In this document: positions 17,429-28,156 of the stretch, piece after piece
How positions within the stretch are numbered: position 1 is the stretch's first letter
How the letters are laid out: every line of letters begins with the position of its first letter
IMG/VR virus record: IMGVR_UViG_3300032893_000027
Coordinates: 1-64,000 of that record
Length of the DNA stretch: 64,000 nucleotides
From: a virus
Strand: one strand, 5' to 3'
Made by a program: the position numbers and the translations under genes
The notes under the pieces: model-generated
Databases searched by the model: none
Told to the model about the DNA's origin: nothing
The model's input: the letters and a program-made list of their open reading frames with translations, nothing else

Positions 17429-20400
17429 CTACTTCGGGGGTTTCAACTTCTTAAGGGTTTCGATATGATGTTTGCGAGTATTAATAACGAACTTATCCAA
17501 GGTCTTATGACCTTGTTTCATATCCCCGCCCCCAATAGCTTTTACCACATCTGGATGGATAATGAACTCTCCCCCAGCCGCGATGATCGGCACATGGTCC
17601 GTTTTACCCCCATCAGCTTTCTTTTCGGTCTTGCCATGCTCATACAAATCACAGCAATATTCGTTGGCTGGTTCCGGAAGTTCCGGCTTCCCGTGCCATT
17701 TCACGAATCCTTGATTACCGCAAGTGGTTGAACTGGCAAGGTATTTGCAGTTAGCACACATAGAACCACCCTTGGGGACCTTCATCCCAAGCTGGTGGTT
17801 AGCGGGCAGGACTGTTGCGGGTTCGACTTTGCCGCCACGGGCCTTTTGATGGGGAATAGGAACATGCGAAAAATGAAGCTGATGCGGGTATTGGAACGCC
17901 CGCCCATGTATATTCGGAGGGGGAAGACCGTAAGCCGAGTGCGTAAACATCTTCTTCAGGATCTCGCTGCCTGCCTTAGTATTGCCTTCACCAAGGGCGC
18001 TTGGAATGTCGGCAGGCAATACATACGATCCCGGTGGAACTCGCATCGGAATCTTGTCCGTTCGGCCCGGAATATGGGAGTCGATTAATCCACCCTTGGA
18101 GAAGTTGATGAACTCATGCTCCTGCGGATTCTCGTCAATCTGCGGGTGCTTGTGTTTCACTTTGCCTCCTGTGGCGTACTTCTGGTCGTTGTCACCGCCG
18201 CTTAGATACTGGTAGATACCAGCCCCAGCGGGCAGACCCGCAAAGCCTGCTAACGGGTGCCTCAAATGCATCTTCTTTGGGTCAAAGGCTGCCCTTGGGG
18301 CACGAAGGATCTCAGGATTAATAACAGCGTATTGAGTATGCTTTAAGCCATGAGATCCAACATCATGAACACCCTCAAGGGCGATCATGTCATATCCCTG
18401 CTTGCGAGCCTCTTCGATAATATCGTGAAAAAGAGTCTTGCTCCAAGTAGCACCGCCATCAGGATGTATCTGGTGCCCTAACTGCTTGGCAAGGGGGCCA
18501 TAATCTACCCGAGCAAATTTATGCTCTCTGGCAATATACGGATGGCCTAGAGGTCCATAACCATGAGCCGCAACTTCTGGATTGGGCGCGGCAAAGAAAG
18601 CCCTTTCCCACACCTTTTGGGAAGGGTCTATAATTTCGTGGGGATAGCCTCCGCCGGGAACCGGATTTTCAAACTCGCCACCTTTCCAAACATAATGTTT
18701 GGTGGCCCAGCCTTTCTTCTCAAGCTCTGCCGGTTTGTTCTTGCCCCAATCAATCTTATTAATCCACTCCTTGCCCTCAGTATGCCCCTCTGGCGGAGCA
18801 TATGATTTCCAAGACTTCGGCTCTAAGCTGGCCTTAATAGCATCCTCACGCATCTTTTTCTTTTGAGCATGAGGAAGATTCTGAGATGTAATAGGAACAT
18901 TGTATCCAGCCTGTCCGAGATGCTCGGACATAAGGCCCTTCATGTCATCAATGTTTTTCTCAGGGAAATAGCTGAGAACATTCTCGATCTGATGCGGCTT
19001 AATATTGTAATACGACATGCTCTTGAGAAACTTCTCGCTATCTAGTTTCCCAAGTTCCTTGGCCAGCAACTTAGCCTTTAATCCGAATGCAGTCATATTC
19101 GGATTGTCTCCGATATGATACTTGGACAAGGCCGCAATAATTTTACCGCTGTCTATCCCGCCAAATACCTTCTTTGGTAAGTTGTAAGTTTTATTGTATT
19201 CGAATTGGTCAAGCCATTGAGTATCCTTAGGATGGCTCGGAATATCCTTGTACCCACCAGAGTCAGGCCATTTGGAGGCAAGGGCCTTCGATAACGCCTG
19301 CTCAAATGGCGTTTCCTTACCCTTAGGTAAGCCAACAAGATCCCCATATTCTTCTGGTGTGTGACTGTAAAGCTCATCTTTCCAGCCCTCAGGCCCGGCT
19401 GGGGCATTCTTAAAGTATTCCTCTAGTTCCTTCTCCGACATTGGTTCGTGCTGAGGAGCATGCTCAACTCCATGCTCATCAAATGAGCCAAAGTCCGGAT
19501 CGTGGCCATACCCTGCACTCTCCCAGCCCTTAGCAGGTGGTTCACCACCGTGCTTCTCAGCCCAGTCCTTGAGATAGTTCTTTCTGGCAATTAGCTTATC
19601 GGCAAGCTTAGGATCGCCGTGAAAGTTATCCACAACTTGCCTGATCTTCTCATCAGGAATGTTGATTACTTTCTTAAGCGAATCAGCTACATGTTCATCT
19701 GACATGCCGCCAAACATGGCCGCAGCATCCGGTGCATGGACCTTTGGATCTAGCCCACGCATAGATTGGAGTTCGCCGACCTCATTGCCAAAGATCTTGC
19801 CTTTAGGCGCCCCCTTGGCGCGGTATTCCAATGCGCCGCCGAGGTCCAATGGTGTCACCTTGCCGTTGATGACACCGAGATTGTCACCGCCAGTACCTAC
19901 GACGTCGTGGTTAGCCAGCCATGCATGAACGCCAAAATCGTGCTGGGCCTCATACATCTCTTGATCGTCGAGTTGACTCGCATTATTCTTCTCAAGCTTC
20001 TCCATCCGGGTAATAATATGATTACCGGTTGGATCATGGTGGTACTTGAGGGTTGGAACGCCAGCTAGATCGTAGAGGGCTGCTGCCACGTTCTCATTGA
20101 CAACGTGAGCCGGGGTCTGCCCTTCCTTCATGTAGTACTTGACGCCGTTCTTATCCTGATAGACGCCACCCTTGTTGGAACCCATCTGCGGTCCAACCTG
20201 AGTCAGTTGGTCAGGATGAACGTAGCCTCCGAAGTTGGAGGGCTGATGCATCTCATCGACTGGCTTTAAGTCAGGCCCAGCACTCGGAGCCTTCGGTGGT
20301 TCTCCGAAGTGCTTCTTGTAGTAGGTATCAAATCCTTTCTGCTGCAAGGGAGACATATGGGATTTAAGCTGGTCGATTTGGCCTTCATGCAAGCCAGCGC

Positions 20401-21301
20401 TACCAGCAATGGCGGCTAGGTCCTTGTTGGTATATTGCTTGAGGTTCTTCTGGATCTCAGGGTTCGTCTCAGGCGAATTGTTCAGCGCCTGATCCATATG
20501 TTTGGCTATGTCGTCAAGCTTGCCAACACCCTCCTTGGTGAAAGCCTCCTTAACGGGCTTAAATGCGGGCAGGCCGAACATCCCGGCCTTGGCGACGTCA
20601 CCCATTAGGGTGTCCGGATTGGCCCAGCTTGCCACATCCACGGCTTGGCCTAGCCCCGGACCGGTCCTTTCAGCCGTCTTCTGGGCCGTCCCAAAGGCCG
20701 CATTGATCGGGGTCATGGCTGGCATAGCCGCCCCAAGGGCCTCCTGTCCGAGTCCTAAGCCCCAGCGGAGGGGGTTATAGGTCTGGAAGTTCTCCTGTGC
20801 CTGCTTATGGAACCCATATGCAGCCTCATCGCTTTCGCGTACAGCCTCCTTCCAGTCCTTGCCCAGATTGCGGAGTTTCTCTGGCAGCCTGCTGGGCTCA
20901 ACATGGGGCTCGGCCTGCTGCCCTGCTGGAGCGCCGGAGATTGGAACCTGAGGTGGGACATTAGGCGTCTTGAGGTCGTCATTGAGGGGCCATGGATCGA
21001 CGTCACCGCCGTCAGCAAAGCCCGCCGCCCTCAGGTCGAGATCCTTGTTCCCGAGGGCATCCCCCATCGGGCTAAAACCAACCTCGCCGCTATTCGGGTA
21101 ATACATGTTCATATGGAAAGGCGTCATGCTTTCCATTGGCTTCACGACAGGGCCTTCCGGGAAATACAGGCTATCGTTGAATGGAGTAAATGCCTCCATC
21201 CTCCGGTCTTCGATGTTCGGAGACTTGCGGAAGTCATCCCCGCCCTGTGCCTTCTTGGCATACTTCCGGGCGACGTGGAGGGCGAGTTCCTTCTTAGCCA
21301 T
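17429..21301 (-). CDS. Polyvalent ejection-type protein with PI3/4-kinase/HipA-like, ART-like and Cys-cluster domains
   Basis: GSNKGGVY..YYMK..NENVAAALY..WLANHDVVG..DNL..LDLGGAL; ARKQGYDMI..QYAVINPEILRAPRAAFDP; GRTDKIPMRVPPGSYVLPAD. Confidence 0.7.
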   Translation of the reverse strand: MAKKELALHVARKYAKKAQGGDDFRKSPNIEDRRMEAFTPFNDSLYFPEGPVVKPMESMTPFHMNMYYPNSGEVGFSPMGDALGNKDLDLRAAGFADGGDVDPWPLNDDLKTPNVPPQVPISGAPAGQQAEPHVEPSRLPEKLRNLGKDWKEAVRESDEAAYGFHKQAQENFQTYNPLRWGLGLGQEALGAAMPAMTPINAAFGTAQKTAERTGPGLGQAVDVASWANPDTLMGDVAKAGMFGLPAFKPVKEAFTKEGVGKLDDIAKHMDQALNNSPETNPEIQKNLKQYTNKDLAAIAGSAGLHEGQIDQLKSHMSPLQQKGFDTYYKKHFGEPPKAPSAGPDLKPVDEMHQPSNFGGYVHPDQLTQVGPQMGSNKGGVYQDKNGVKYYMKEGQTPAHVVNENVAAALYDLAGVPTLKYHHDPTGNHIITRMEKLEKNNASQLDDQEMYEAQHDFGVHAWLANHDVVGTGGDNLGVINGKVTPLDLGGALEYRAKGAPKGKIFGNEVGELQSMRGLDPKVHAPDAAAMFGGMSDEHVADSLKKVINIPDEKIRQVVDNFHGDPKLADKLIARKNYLKDWAEKHGGEPPAKGWESAGYGHDPDFGSFDEHGVEHAPQHEPMSEKELEEYFKNAPAGPEGWKDELYSHTPEEYGDLVGLPKGKETPFEQALSKALASKWPDSGGYKDIPSHPKDTQWLDQFEYNKTYNLPKKVFGGIDSGKIIAALSKYHIGDNPNMTAFGLKAKLLAKELGKLDSEKFLKSMSYYNIKPHQIENVLSYFPEKNIDDMKGLMSEHLGQAGYNVPITSQNLPHAQKKKMREDAIKASLEPKSWKSYAPPEGHTEGKEWINKIDWGKNKPAELEKKGWATKHYVWKGGEFENPVPGGGYPHEIIDPSQKVWERAFFAAPNPEVAAHGYGPLGHPYIAREHKFARVDYGPLAKQLGHQIHPDGGATWSKTLFHDIIEEARKQGYDMIALEGVHDVGSHGLKHTQYAVINPEILRAPRAAFDPKKMHLRHPLAGFAGLPAGAGIYQYLSGGDNDQKYATGGKVKHKHPQIDENPQEHEFINFSKGGLIDSHIPGRTDKIPMRVPPGSYVLPADIPSALGEGNTKAGSEILKKMFTHSAYGLPPPNIHGRAFQYPHQLHFSHVPIPHQKARGGKVEPATVLPANHQLGMKVPKGGSMCANCKYLASSTTCGNQGFVKWHGKPELPEPANEYCCDLYEHGKTEKKADGGKTDHVPIIAAGGEFIIHPDVVKAIGGGDMKQGHKTLDKFVINTRKHHIETLKKLKPPK

Positions 21302-21725
21302 GGATGATGAACTTCAACCCGAAGCCTCCCGAGGCGGGGCGCCATCCCAAATATGCCTCCAGCCAGCCATTCCAATAGGAAATGAACGGAGCCCATCCGT
21401 TGATGAGTGACCACTTAAAACCGGTTATATTACCGGGAACATCTCGCCAAGTTGTGGCAAGGACAGGATAAGATCCTGTCACCGTGTAAGTCTGTCCTTC
21501 AAAGCCAATAATATAACCGACAAAATTGGCACAAGGATTCCGAAACCACCACAGCAGATTACGGATGAACTGGTTGGATATATTCGGTAGATAAGGAAGC
21601 CCATTGTTGATTAAAGGCGCAGTCCATGTTGACTTGCTGCCGCCACACATCAGCCACCACAGGGGGTTTAGAAGCATCCCCCATGTCGGTATATCCTGCG
21701 GTGTGACAGTCACAGTCTCAATCAT
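21294..21725 (-). CDS. Trp-rich hypothetical protein
   Basis: LLWWFRNPCANF..YLGWRP; coupled in the operon. Confidence 0.6.
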   Translation of the reverse strand: MIETVTVTPQDIPTWGMLLNPLWWLMCGGSKSTWTAPLINNGLPYLPNISNQFIRNLLWWFRNPCANFVGYIIGFEGQTYTVTGSYPVLATTWRDVPGNITGFKWSLINGWAPFISYWNGWLEAYLGWRPASGGFGLKFIIHG

Positions 21726-22648
21726 TAGCCAGCCCGTATCATCATCAAGCCGCCGATATAGGATGGCTGGAGGTTGGTAATTGCTGTATTGGCGCTTCCG
21801 GGATTGACGGTGATGCCGGTGACGGCCGAGTTGGTGGTAACCCCCGTATTGGTGATCGTGAAAAATGCGGACGCCGCAACGGAAGCCTCACCATTAACTG
21901 TACCGTTATTACTAATGGTGTGAGTATGGCCGGGATCGGTGATTGGGATGCTTGCAGGCAAGTTGCTTGATCCGAGAGTGTTGGACTGAGCGCCGCCAAT
22001 ACCGCCGACATTAGGAGTGTTAAAGCCAGTCGCCGCCGTAGAAATCAATCCAGCACCCTGATCGAGGGCGGCGCGGACCCTACCTTTTGAATTCGGAAGC
22101 GTCGTGCCACCCAAGACATTGACAAGCTGTGGATAAGTAGCAGACGAAAAGGTGGTGCCGTCACAATTTAAGTAAGGAGGCACAGTGCAGCCCGAAATCC
22201 AATTAGGGACAGATGACCCCGCGTAATCCCAATACGACCCAATGCGGTCCAGTCCCGTGTATCTGATGTTGGTGCCGTCATTGGTTACAAATATCGTTTC
22301 ATTGGGAACAGCACAGACGACTTGTCCACCAGCTACAGTCGTGGCCAGCGTAATGGTAAAGGCGCTACTGCCTGTGCAGGTATGATAGATCTCGTAGTTC
22401 TTCTTGAAAGAAGTTGGGAAGGTGATAGTCACACTTCCCGTCAACGTCGAGTTAAAGATGATCTGCCTGCTCTGGAACTGGCCTGCATTCAGGATGACGT
22501 TGGAGTTATTTAATCCGATAGTAGTGATGTTGCCGACAACAAGATCAATCAACGTCGTGTTGTTGTTGACGGGGGTATCCCACGTTCCGGTATCGTCACC
22601 ACGGGCCGGTTCTTCAAGCTGGATGTTTGGCGTAAAGGTAGAGACCAT
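21725..22648 (-). CDS. Tail fiber/collar-domain protein
   Basis: GTWDTPVNNN N-terminus; collar YLNCDG..YPQL..LPNSKGR; LPA..DPGHTH; NLQPS. Confidence 0.8.
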   Translation of the reverse strand: MVSTFTPNIQLEEPARGDDTGTWDTPVNNNTTLIDLVVGNITTIGLNNSNVILNAGQFQSRQIIFNSTLTGSVTITFPTSFKKNYEIYHTCTGSSAFTITLATTVAGGQVVCAVPNETIFVTNDGTNIRYTGLDRIGSYWDYAGSSVPNWISGCTVPPYLNCDGTTFSSATYPQLVNVLGGTTLPNSKGRVRAALDQGAGLISTAATGFNTPNVGGIGGAQSNTLGSSNLPASIPITDPGHTHTISNNGTVNGEASVAASAFFTITNTGVTTNSAVTGITVNPGSANTAITNLQPSYIGGLMMIRAG

Positions 22649-22655
22649 CTTTCAC

Positions 22656-22883
22656 CTACTGCGGATAGATTGGAGTCTTGCCGGTGAACCCGGAACTGGT
22701 CGTCACAAGCATGAAGTAAGATGCGGTAGACGATTGAAAGACAATCGTTCCGTTGGTAGCAGGCGCAGATGTTGATGTAGATGTAATCTGCGGAAAGATG
22801 GTCCCGATTTTGGTCGTGAGGTTATTGATGGCCGCCACGCCATCCCTAAGAGAGGACCAGATGCTGTCAAAGCCGATTGCCAT
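22656..22883 (-). CDS. Small virion-associated protein
   Basis: Coupled ORF, Ser/Thr-rich. Confidence 0.55.
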   Translation of the reverse strand: MAIGFDSIWSSLRDGVAAINNLTTKIGTIFPQITSTSTSAPATNGTIVFQSSTASYFMLVTTSSGFTGKTPIYPQ

Positions 22884-24961
22884 TAGCGTCTCCCCGACGC
22901 GGCAAAGCGGAATCGTATCCGGCCAAGCCGCCAGAATTCACTATTCGCATTGCTCTGCACAAGAACGGACATGAGACGATTTCTTATCCGAACATTAATG
23001 TATTCAGTGGCTTGAGTGACGGTATAGGGTCCGTAGACCGTAGGCGTATCCCCCGGATAATTTACCCCATAGAAGGTAATATTAATAGATGCATTCTGGG
23101 AACCCGACTTGAGGCCCCAGATGAAGTCAGGGATCACGAGGTCAATAAAGGGGATATCCTCACCCTCGGTAATGGCCCAATAGCCGCTCTGAAAGGTGGG
23201 GAGGCCCGTCCCGGTAATGGAGGTACCCTCCTCATGCTGGTAGATTTGCCCAGTGGAATCGGCCCCAATGGGGTTGCCGACGATGGACACGTCTGTCCAA
23301 GCTGTCCGGTTTAATGTTCCATAATCCCATTCATATTCATTGCCAATGATGCGAACCTTGGCGTAGCTGTCGTTTTCCCCAGTCGACATGGCGGAGGGGT
23401 AGAACCATGCAATTTCATTGAAAATTGAGTTAACGGCCACCCTGATTTTGGCGACATAGGCGGGATTGGTGGAGATGTTTTGGAAGACTTGATCCCAGAT
23501 CGGGCACGGCATTGGCGCAACACCGTTAGCCCCAAGGGTAAAGAAGTTATTATTGGCCATCCAAAAGGGGTTTCCCCCTAAAATTCCGCAAGCGTGAGAG
23601 CTAATCCAACCACAACCAGAACCAATGCGAGTAAAGTTAAAAATAACAGTACCGCCAACATAGTTCATATTCCAGACGTCGATGTCGGTTGAGATCAGGG
23701 CAAACGAGGGGCATTGTATTCCACCTACGATGTAGGACCCTGTGGGGATATGGAATGAACCAGCCGTGGTCTGGTTGGAGACCGTCCAATTGGTGTAGTC
23801 GCCCTGATTCGACCAGCGGACGATCAGAGGGTCCTGAACCCCGGATGCCTGACAGGACCGCCACAGCACCAGAATCTGTTGCGGCATTGCTACAAAAAGA
23901 CCACCATTAAAGAATGGAGCTTGATTCACTACTTGAGCATTGGTGAATCCAAAATCAGGAGCCCATGCATAGACAGGCCCATCTTTAGGACATCCGAGAA
24001 TGATTTCGCCCCAATTGTCTTGGGTCCAGTCCGTAGTGGTAATGGGGGTTCCCCCAACGACCGAAATACCGCCCGTGGTGCCCCCGAAGCCTGTCGTAGT
24101 GCCACCACTCCCGCCAAAGGCCCCACCACCAAAACCCAAGCCGGAAGCGGGAGCACCCTGCGTCACGTAATACACAAGCTGGGCGAGGCTCGAATTCATG
24201 GTCGCGGTAGCCGTGGTGCTGGCTTGAACCGATAAATTGATCGTAAAATTGGTTGAGTCGATTATAGAGGCAACCTGATACTTGCCTTGAATGATCGACG
24301 GGATACTAGTTCCGACTGTGGTTGGTGCGATAAACTGTTCAAAAAGGCCCGGTATCACCGAGTAGCCATTGAATGGCATAGTGACGGTCACAGTTTGAGA
24401 TCCTGACGAGATCGCAAACTTGGGCAGAATGCCGCTGGATGCTACCGAGAAAGATGAATTGACTGCCGCCGTAATCGTGTAAGAACCGGTTGAGAGTACG
24501 GTCGTAATGGGGTAGGCACCATTCAGCAGGATGCTGCCGACCGAGACCGGGGTATTAAAGAAGACTGTATTGTTCTTGGAGGCATTGGCGTTGGCATCAA
24601 CGACGGTCACGACGTTGCTGCTGGCCGTCACCGAGAAATTTGGCGTTGGATTCGTCGTCGTGGTCTGCGGCGTAATGACCTGATTGGTGATAGTGCTGTT
24701 ACTACTATTAACGGTCAGGGCATTCCAACTTTGGGTGGCTGCGGCCCCTAGATGTTGGACACCATTAATATCTTGCCACGGATGTAGATCGCGGATGGTC
24801 GAGTTAATAGTAAATCCGGCCCAGTTAGCCCACCCACCATAGGTCTCGATCAGCCCATCCCGATAGCGGATAAGCTGTGACGCCGAGACCCCCGCCTCGT
24901 TGAGAGACAGGGTTTTAACGGTATCAACACCCGGACGTAATGTAACAGCAGCCCAAGGCAT
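22883..24961 (-). CDS. Tail nozzle / P22 gp10-like stabilization protein
   Basis: LRPGVD start, WTQDNWGE, DPLIVRWSNQGDYTNW...AGS, WRLGRIR C-terminus. Confidence 0.75.
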   Translation of the reverse strand: MPWAAVTLRPGVDTVKTLSLNEAGVSASQLIRYRDGLIETYGGWANWAGFTINSTIRDLHPWQDINGVQHLGAAATQSWNALTVNSSNSTITNQVITPQTTTTNPTPNFSVTASSNVVTVVDANANASKNNTVFFNTPVSVGSILLNGAYPITTVLSTGSYTITAAVNSSFSVASSGILPKFAISSGSQTVTVTMPFNGYSVIPGLFEQFIAPTTVGTSIPSIIQGKYQVASIIDSTNFTINLSVQASTTATATMNSSLAQLVYYVTQGAPASGLGFGGGAFGGSGGTTTGFGGTTGGISVVGGTPITTTDWTQDNWGEIILGCPKDGPVYAWAPDFGFTNAQVVNQAPFFNGGLFVAMPQQILVLWRSCQASGVQDPLIVRWSNQGDYTNWTVSNQTTAGSFHIPTGSYIVGGIQCPSFALISTDIDVWNMNYVGGTVIFNFTRIGSGCGWISSHACGILGGNPFWMANNNFFTLGANGVAPMPCPIWDQVFQNISTNPAYVAKIRVAVNSIFNEIAWFYPSAMSTGENDSYAKVRIIGNEYEWDYGTLNRTAWTDVSIVGNPIGADSTGQIYQHEEGTSITGTGLPTFQSGYWAITEGEDIPFIDLVIPDFIWGLKSGSQNASINITFYGVNYPGDTPTVYGPYTVTQATEYINVRIRNRLMSVLVQSNANSEFWRLGRIRFRFAASGRR

Positions 24962-24962
24962 C

Positions 24963-25676
24963 TTACATCCTCGGCGGCGAAGCTATGGGATTGGGCGTCA
25001 TAGGCGTCCAACCCTGACTCTGGTACCGCTTGCGAAGCTCCTCAGCGTTGGCAGAAGCAAACAGAAGTTTGTATTGCGATTCCCAAGACCCCGGCATCTG
25101 TGGGTCATCTGCCTGAGCGCCATAGTTCCGCATATAACCAGCCGCGAACACCATTGATGCCGCGATAAATAAATCGGGCAGGTTCTGCGTCAGGAAGGTT
25201 GATGAATTGCTTGTAGATAGAGGAGTTGGTCGTATTGTTCCAACAACTTCAACAGTATAGGATTGATCTGGTGCAGGCCCCACAATGTAAGTGGTATTAT
25301 TAAGAGGAGCACAATACAAAGGGACGCCAGTTGCTGTGGATGTAGGCCACGCAAAGTCAAGGAATTCCTTAGTAGTAGGCGTAAGTGGATTACGAGTCGC
25401 GTTAGAAGATCCAGCGCCATCCGGGGTCCAGACGTTGATTTGTTCAACAACAACAAATGACCCTTGATCTGTCGGCAAAGTAAAGCTCCTGATCGCCGAT
25501 GATAGACTCACAGTCGAATCAGAGATACGGGTCGCTTGCAGATCCAACTCACGATAAATCCGTTGTTCGGCATAGTCGATCATGCCCGGAAGCATCGTGT
25601 TGAAATTGGTATCTGCTGTCGATGTGACCATCAGATTGGTGATTTGACTGACGTAGCTGCCGTAATTAAGACTCAC
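24963..25676 (-). CDS. Head-tail adaptor-like protein
   Basis: IDYAEQRIYREL, GPAPDQSY, LTQNLPDLFIAASM. Confidence 0.7.
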   Translation of the reverse strand: MSLNYGSYVSQITNLMVTSTADTNFNTMLPGMIDYAEQRIYRELDLQATRISDSTVSLSSAIRSFTLPTDQGSFVVVEQINVWTPDGAGSSNATRNPLTPTTKEFLDFAWPTSTATGVPLYCAPLNNTTYIVGPAPDQSYTVEVVGTIRPTPLSTSNSSTFLTQNLPDLFIAASMVFAAGYMRNYGAQADDPQMPGSWESQYKLLFASANAEELRKRYQSQGWTPMTPNPIASPPRM

Positions 25677-26478
25677 CTTGGCCTCCGATTTCGCCTACAG
25701 AGAATTGGACCTGAGCGACTGCGACATAATGGGAGCCATCGCCTAAGAAGGCAACCCTATGGAATTGAGCCAGCGAGTTCGTCATTGTGGAAGTAATGGT
25801 GACGCCAATTGACTCGCCTGCTGTGCCAGCCGTAGTGCCGCTCGCTATCGTCGTCCACGCCCCGTAGGCTGGGGTATCAACTGGGGAATATTGAATCACG
25901 TAGGTGGTTGCTGAGGGCAGGAAGCTTCTATCTATCGGCGCATAAATGCTGACCGAGCTTAATGTATGGGTAATAACCGGAGGCTTTAGGCTGGAAGGCA
26001 TAGACAGGTTGGAGACGTTGCCCTGCCAGTTAATACCGACGTAGCTGCCGTAGCTGGAGTTAATGGTCGAAGTTAGGTCGGTGGCACTTTGCCACGATTG
26101 CTTGTTGATAACACCGTCGAAGGGGGCGTTAATTCCAGCGGCTCCGACCATGCTGCCAATGCGGTTGCCGTACTGTGGCTGAAAAAAGTTTGCAGAAACT
26201 CCCTGAGCCGACAAGGGGGCGTCGTCAAGGACGTACTTTTCCGAGCGTGGGTTGAGGACGGGAATTGGATCAGGCGGAATGACAAAGGTTTTAATGTTCG
26301 GTTGGGGTTTATCCAAGCACGGCGGACAGACAAAGATTCTCAGATTCTGAAGCCGAGGTCCAGTCCATTCGTACTGCCACTTCAACATGTTCAATTGCCA
26401 AATCTGGCCGCAGCGGTCACAGACCGCCTTGGCCCTCGGATTGGCAGGATCGACTTGATAGTGGCTACGAGGTCGCAT
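25666..26478 (-). CDS. Conserved phage protein with N-terminal Zn-ribbon
   Basis: AVCDRCG...VCPPCLDKPQP. Confidence 0.65.
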   Translation of the reverse strand: MRPRSHYQVDPANPRAKAVCDRCGQIWQLNMLKWQYEWTGPRLQNLRIFVCPPCLDKPQPNIKTFVIPPDPIPVLNPRSEKYVLDDAPLSAQGVSANFFQPQYGNRIGSMVGAAGINAPFDGVINKQSWQSATDLTSTINSSYGSYVGINWQGNVSNLSMPSSLKPPVITHTLSSVSIYAPIDRSFLPSATTYVIQYSPVDTPAYGAWTTIASGTTAGTAGESIGVTITSTMTNSLAQFHRVAFLGDGSHYVAVAQVQFSVGEIGGQGES

Positions 26479-27191
26479 TAGTCAAAGTAACTCAGCAGGC
26501 CCGGCGCAATATACATCGGGACGTTTTCCACGTTCTGACGAGCCGCTATTTGCCACGCTTCTTCGGCGTCCATCTTCCGCTTATCTTCAAGATCAGGTGC
26601 ATAAACACGAGCCAAGCGGTGGGCAAGACCAGCGGCCATAGCATCGAGCCAGAGATAGGGTACCTCCATGTTCGTGCCATTCGCCGCCAGAGCATCCTGT
26701 ACTTGGCGAACCCGATAGTAATACAGCGTATAAGGGCCATTGCCGTCAGGGACCGGATAGAGGGTGATCGTGGGTGAGATTTGCCGATTGAACCAGTACT
26801 GAGTCGGTTGGGCTTGCACCAGCTTATTGGGCAGCGCAGCATACTCAGTCTGGCTAATTGGGAAGATCAGACGGTCCGTCTGCGTCGTATTGACGCCGGG
26901 GGTCGTCCGGATGAAGGCATTGGTAATCATGACGGTTTCAGCCGGAACCGAATAGGTGGCCGTACCTTGGGTCAAAGGAACCGCTTGAAGATCAACATCC
27001 CAAAGATTAGGCTGGAGGTTTGAGAATTTGACCTGCAACAGGTTCAACTCAATGATCGCCTGCTGAAGGTGGGACTGAAGGATCTCAGTAGGGCGTACCC
27101 GGATGCGTTGAAAGGCCGTGATGATGAGATCACCAGCCGAAGGCGCAAAGTTATAGGTTCCGGAATAGTTCTGGCTGGTGGTGAAGACCAT
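26478..27191 (-). CDS. Tail tubular A / gp4-like adaptor protein
   Basis: ISQTEYAALPNK..QPTQYWFNRQ..LYPVPD..AMAAGLAHRLA. Confidence 0.75.
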   Translation of the reverse strand: MVFTTSQNYSGTYNFAPSAGDLIITAFQRIRVRPTEILQSHLQQAIIELNLLQVKFSNLQPNLWDVDLQAVPLTQGTATYSVPAETVMITNAFIRTTPGVNTTQTDRLIFPISQTEYAALPNKLVQAQPTQYWFNRQISPTITLYPVPDGNGPYTLYYYRVRQVQDALAANGTNMEVPYLWLDAMAAGLAHRLARVYAPDLEDKRKMDAEEAWQIAARQNVENVPMYIAPGLLSYFD

Positions 27192-27505
27192 TAGTTTGAC
27201 TTTCTCTGAATGATCCTAAGATATCCTATAGCAACCTGTACAGAACTAGGGGCCGTCGTTAACCACGTAGCAAGCCCAAGAGACGCTGAAGTAGAAGACC
27301 AAGTTCCGGTATAAAAGCTCCCATTAAGCGCCAGACTAACGGTGTCCACCTGCGTAGCATTAGAGGTATTAGTATAAGTTACCGTCATCCCCGGAGACGA
27401 TGGCACGGCCAATTGTCCATTGACGTCGAAGAACTCTATCACAAAATTGGCTGAGTTCCCCTGTTCAATGTTGAACGGTCCACTTTGCGCCGTTAGAACG
27501 GTCAT
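27191..27505 (-). CDS. Ig-like virion protein
   Basis: Beta-rich, Ser/Thr-rich; coupled in the operon. Confidence 0.55.
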   Translation of the reverse strand: MTVLTAQSGPFNIEQGNSANFVIEFFDVNGQLAVPSSPGMTVTYTNTSNATQVDTVSLALNGSFYTGTWSSTSASLGLATWLTTAPSSVQVAIGYLRIIQRKSN

Positions 27506-28155
27506 TATACTTCCCTCACCGAAGTTGGGCTAAATCCACCCACTTCCGTAATAGAAACCCTAGCGGTTACAGCCGGTTGAGACTGTATCACATTTATAGC
27601 AAATATGGCGGAATCTGAATCTATCTCCTTTGTGATAAAGAAACCACGAATGAAGTCTTGGGCAGATTTGAAGAAATCGGGGTGTGTATAGGGCGGAAGC
27701 CCCCTCTTAAACCGAACTGGTTCCGAAAGCGGGCTATACCATCCCTGCAAGAAGATATTTGCGCTGGGGATGAACTTGGTATCTTGGGTCGCAAATGGGT
27801 GATATTGGGCACGGAGTCCCGGTTTGATTCGGACTGGTTCAGATAACCAGTTATAATATGCGAAGGAGACAACCGGCTTAATAGACCCATAAGCAAGGAC
27901 GGGCTGCTGGGTGACAGATAATCCCGGCTTAGCCAGAACGCTCGGGATTGACCAAGCCTGATGCCATTTGTCTTCAAGGACAATGGGCTTAAGAAAGTCT
28001 GTCGTGACATTGGAAGGCTGAAGATAGACAGCCAGCCCTTGTTTAAAGCGGACTGGTTCCGACCAAGGAAAGTGCCATTTATCTTCAGAGATTACCTCGC
28101 CGCCAACGAAGACCGGCTGGGTAATGACTTGATATTGAATGTATGAATAGGGCAC
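27505..28155 (-). CDS. Trp-Pro repeat protein (short paralog of the 845-aa protein)
   Basis: EDKWHFPWSEPVR, WLSEPVR, WYSPLSEPVR; C-terminal EIDSDSAIFAIN. Confidence 0.7.
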   Translation of the reverse strand: MPYSYIQYQVITQPVFVGGEVISEDKWHFPWSEPVRFKQGLAVYLQPSNVTTDFLKPIVLEDKWHQAWSIPSVLAKPGLSVTQQPVLAYGSIKPVVSFAYYNWLSEPVRIKPGLRAQYHPFATQDTKFIPSANIFLQGWYSPLSEPVRFKRGLPPYTHPDFFKSAQDFIRGFFITKEIDSDSAIFAINVIQSQPAVTARVSITEVGGFSPTSVREV

Positions 28156-28156
28156 A

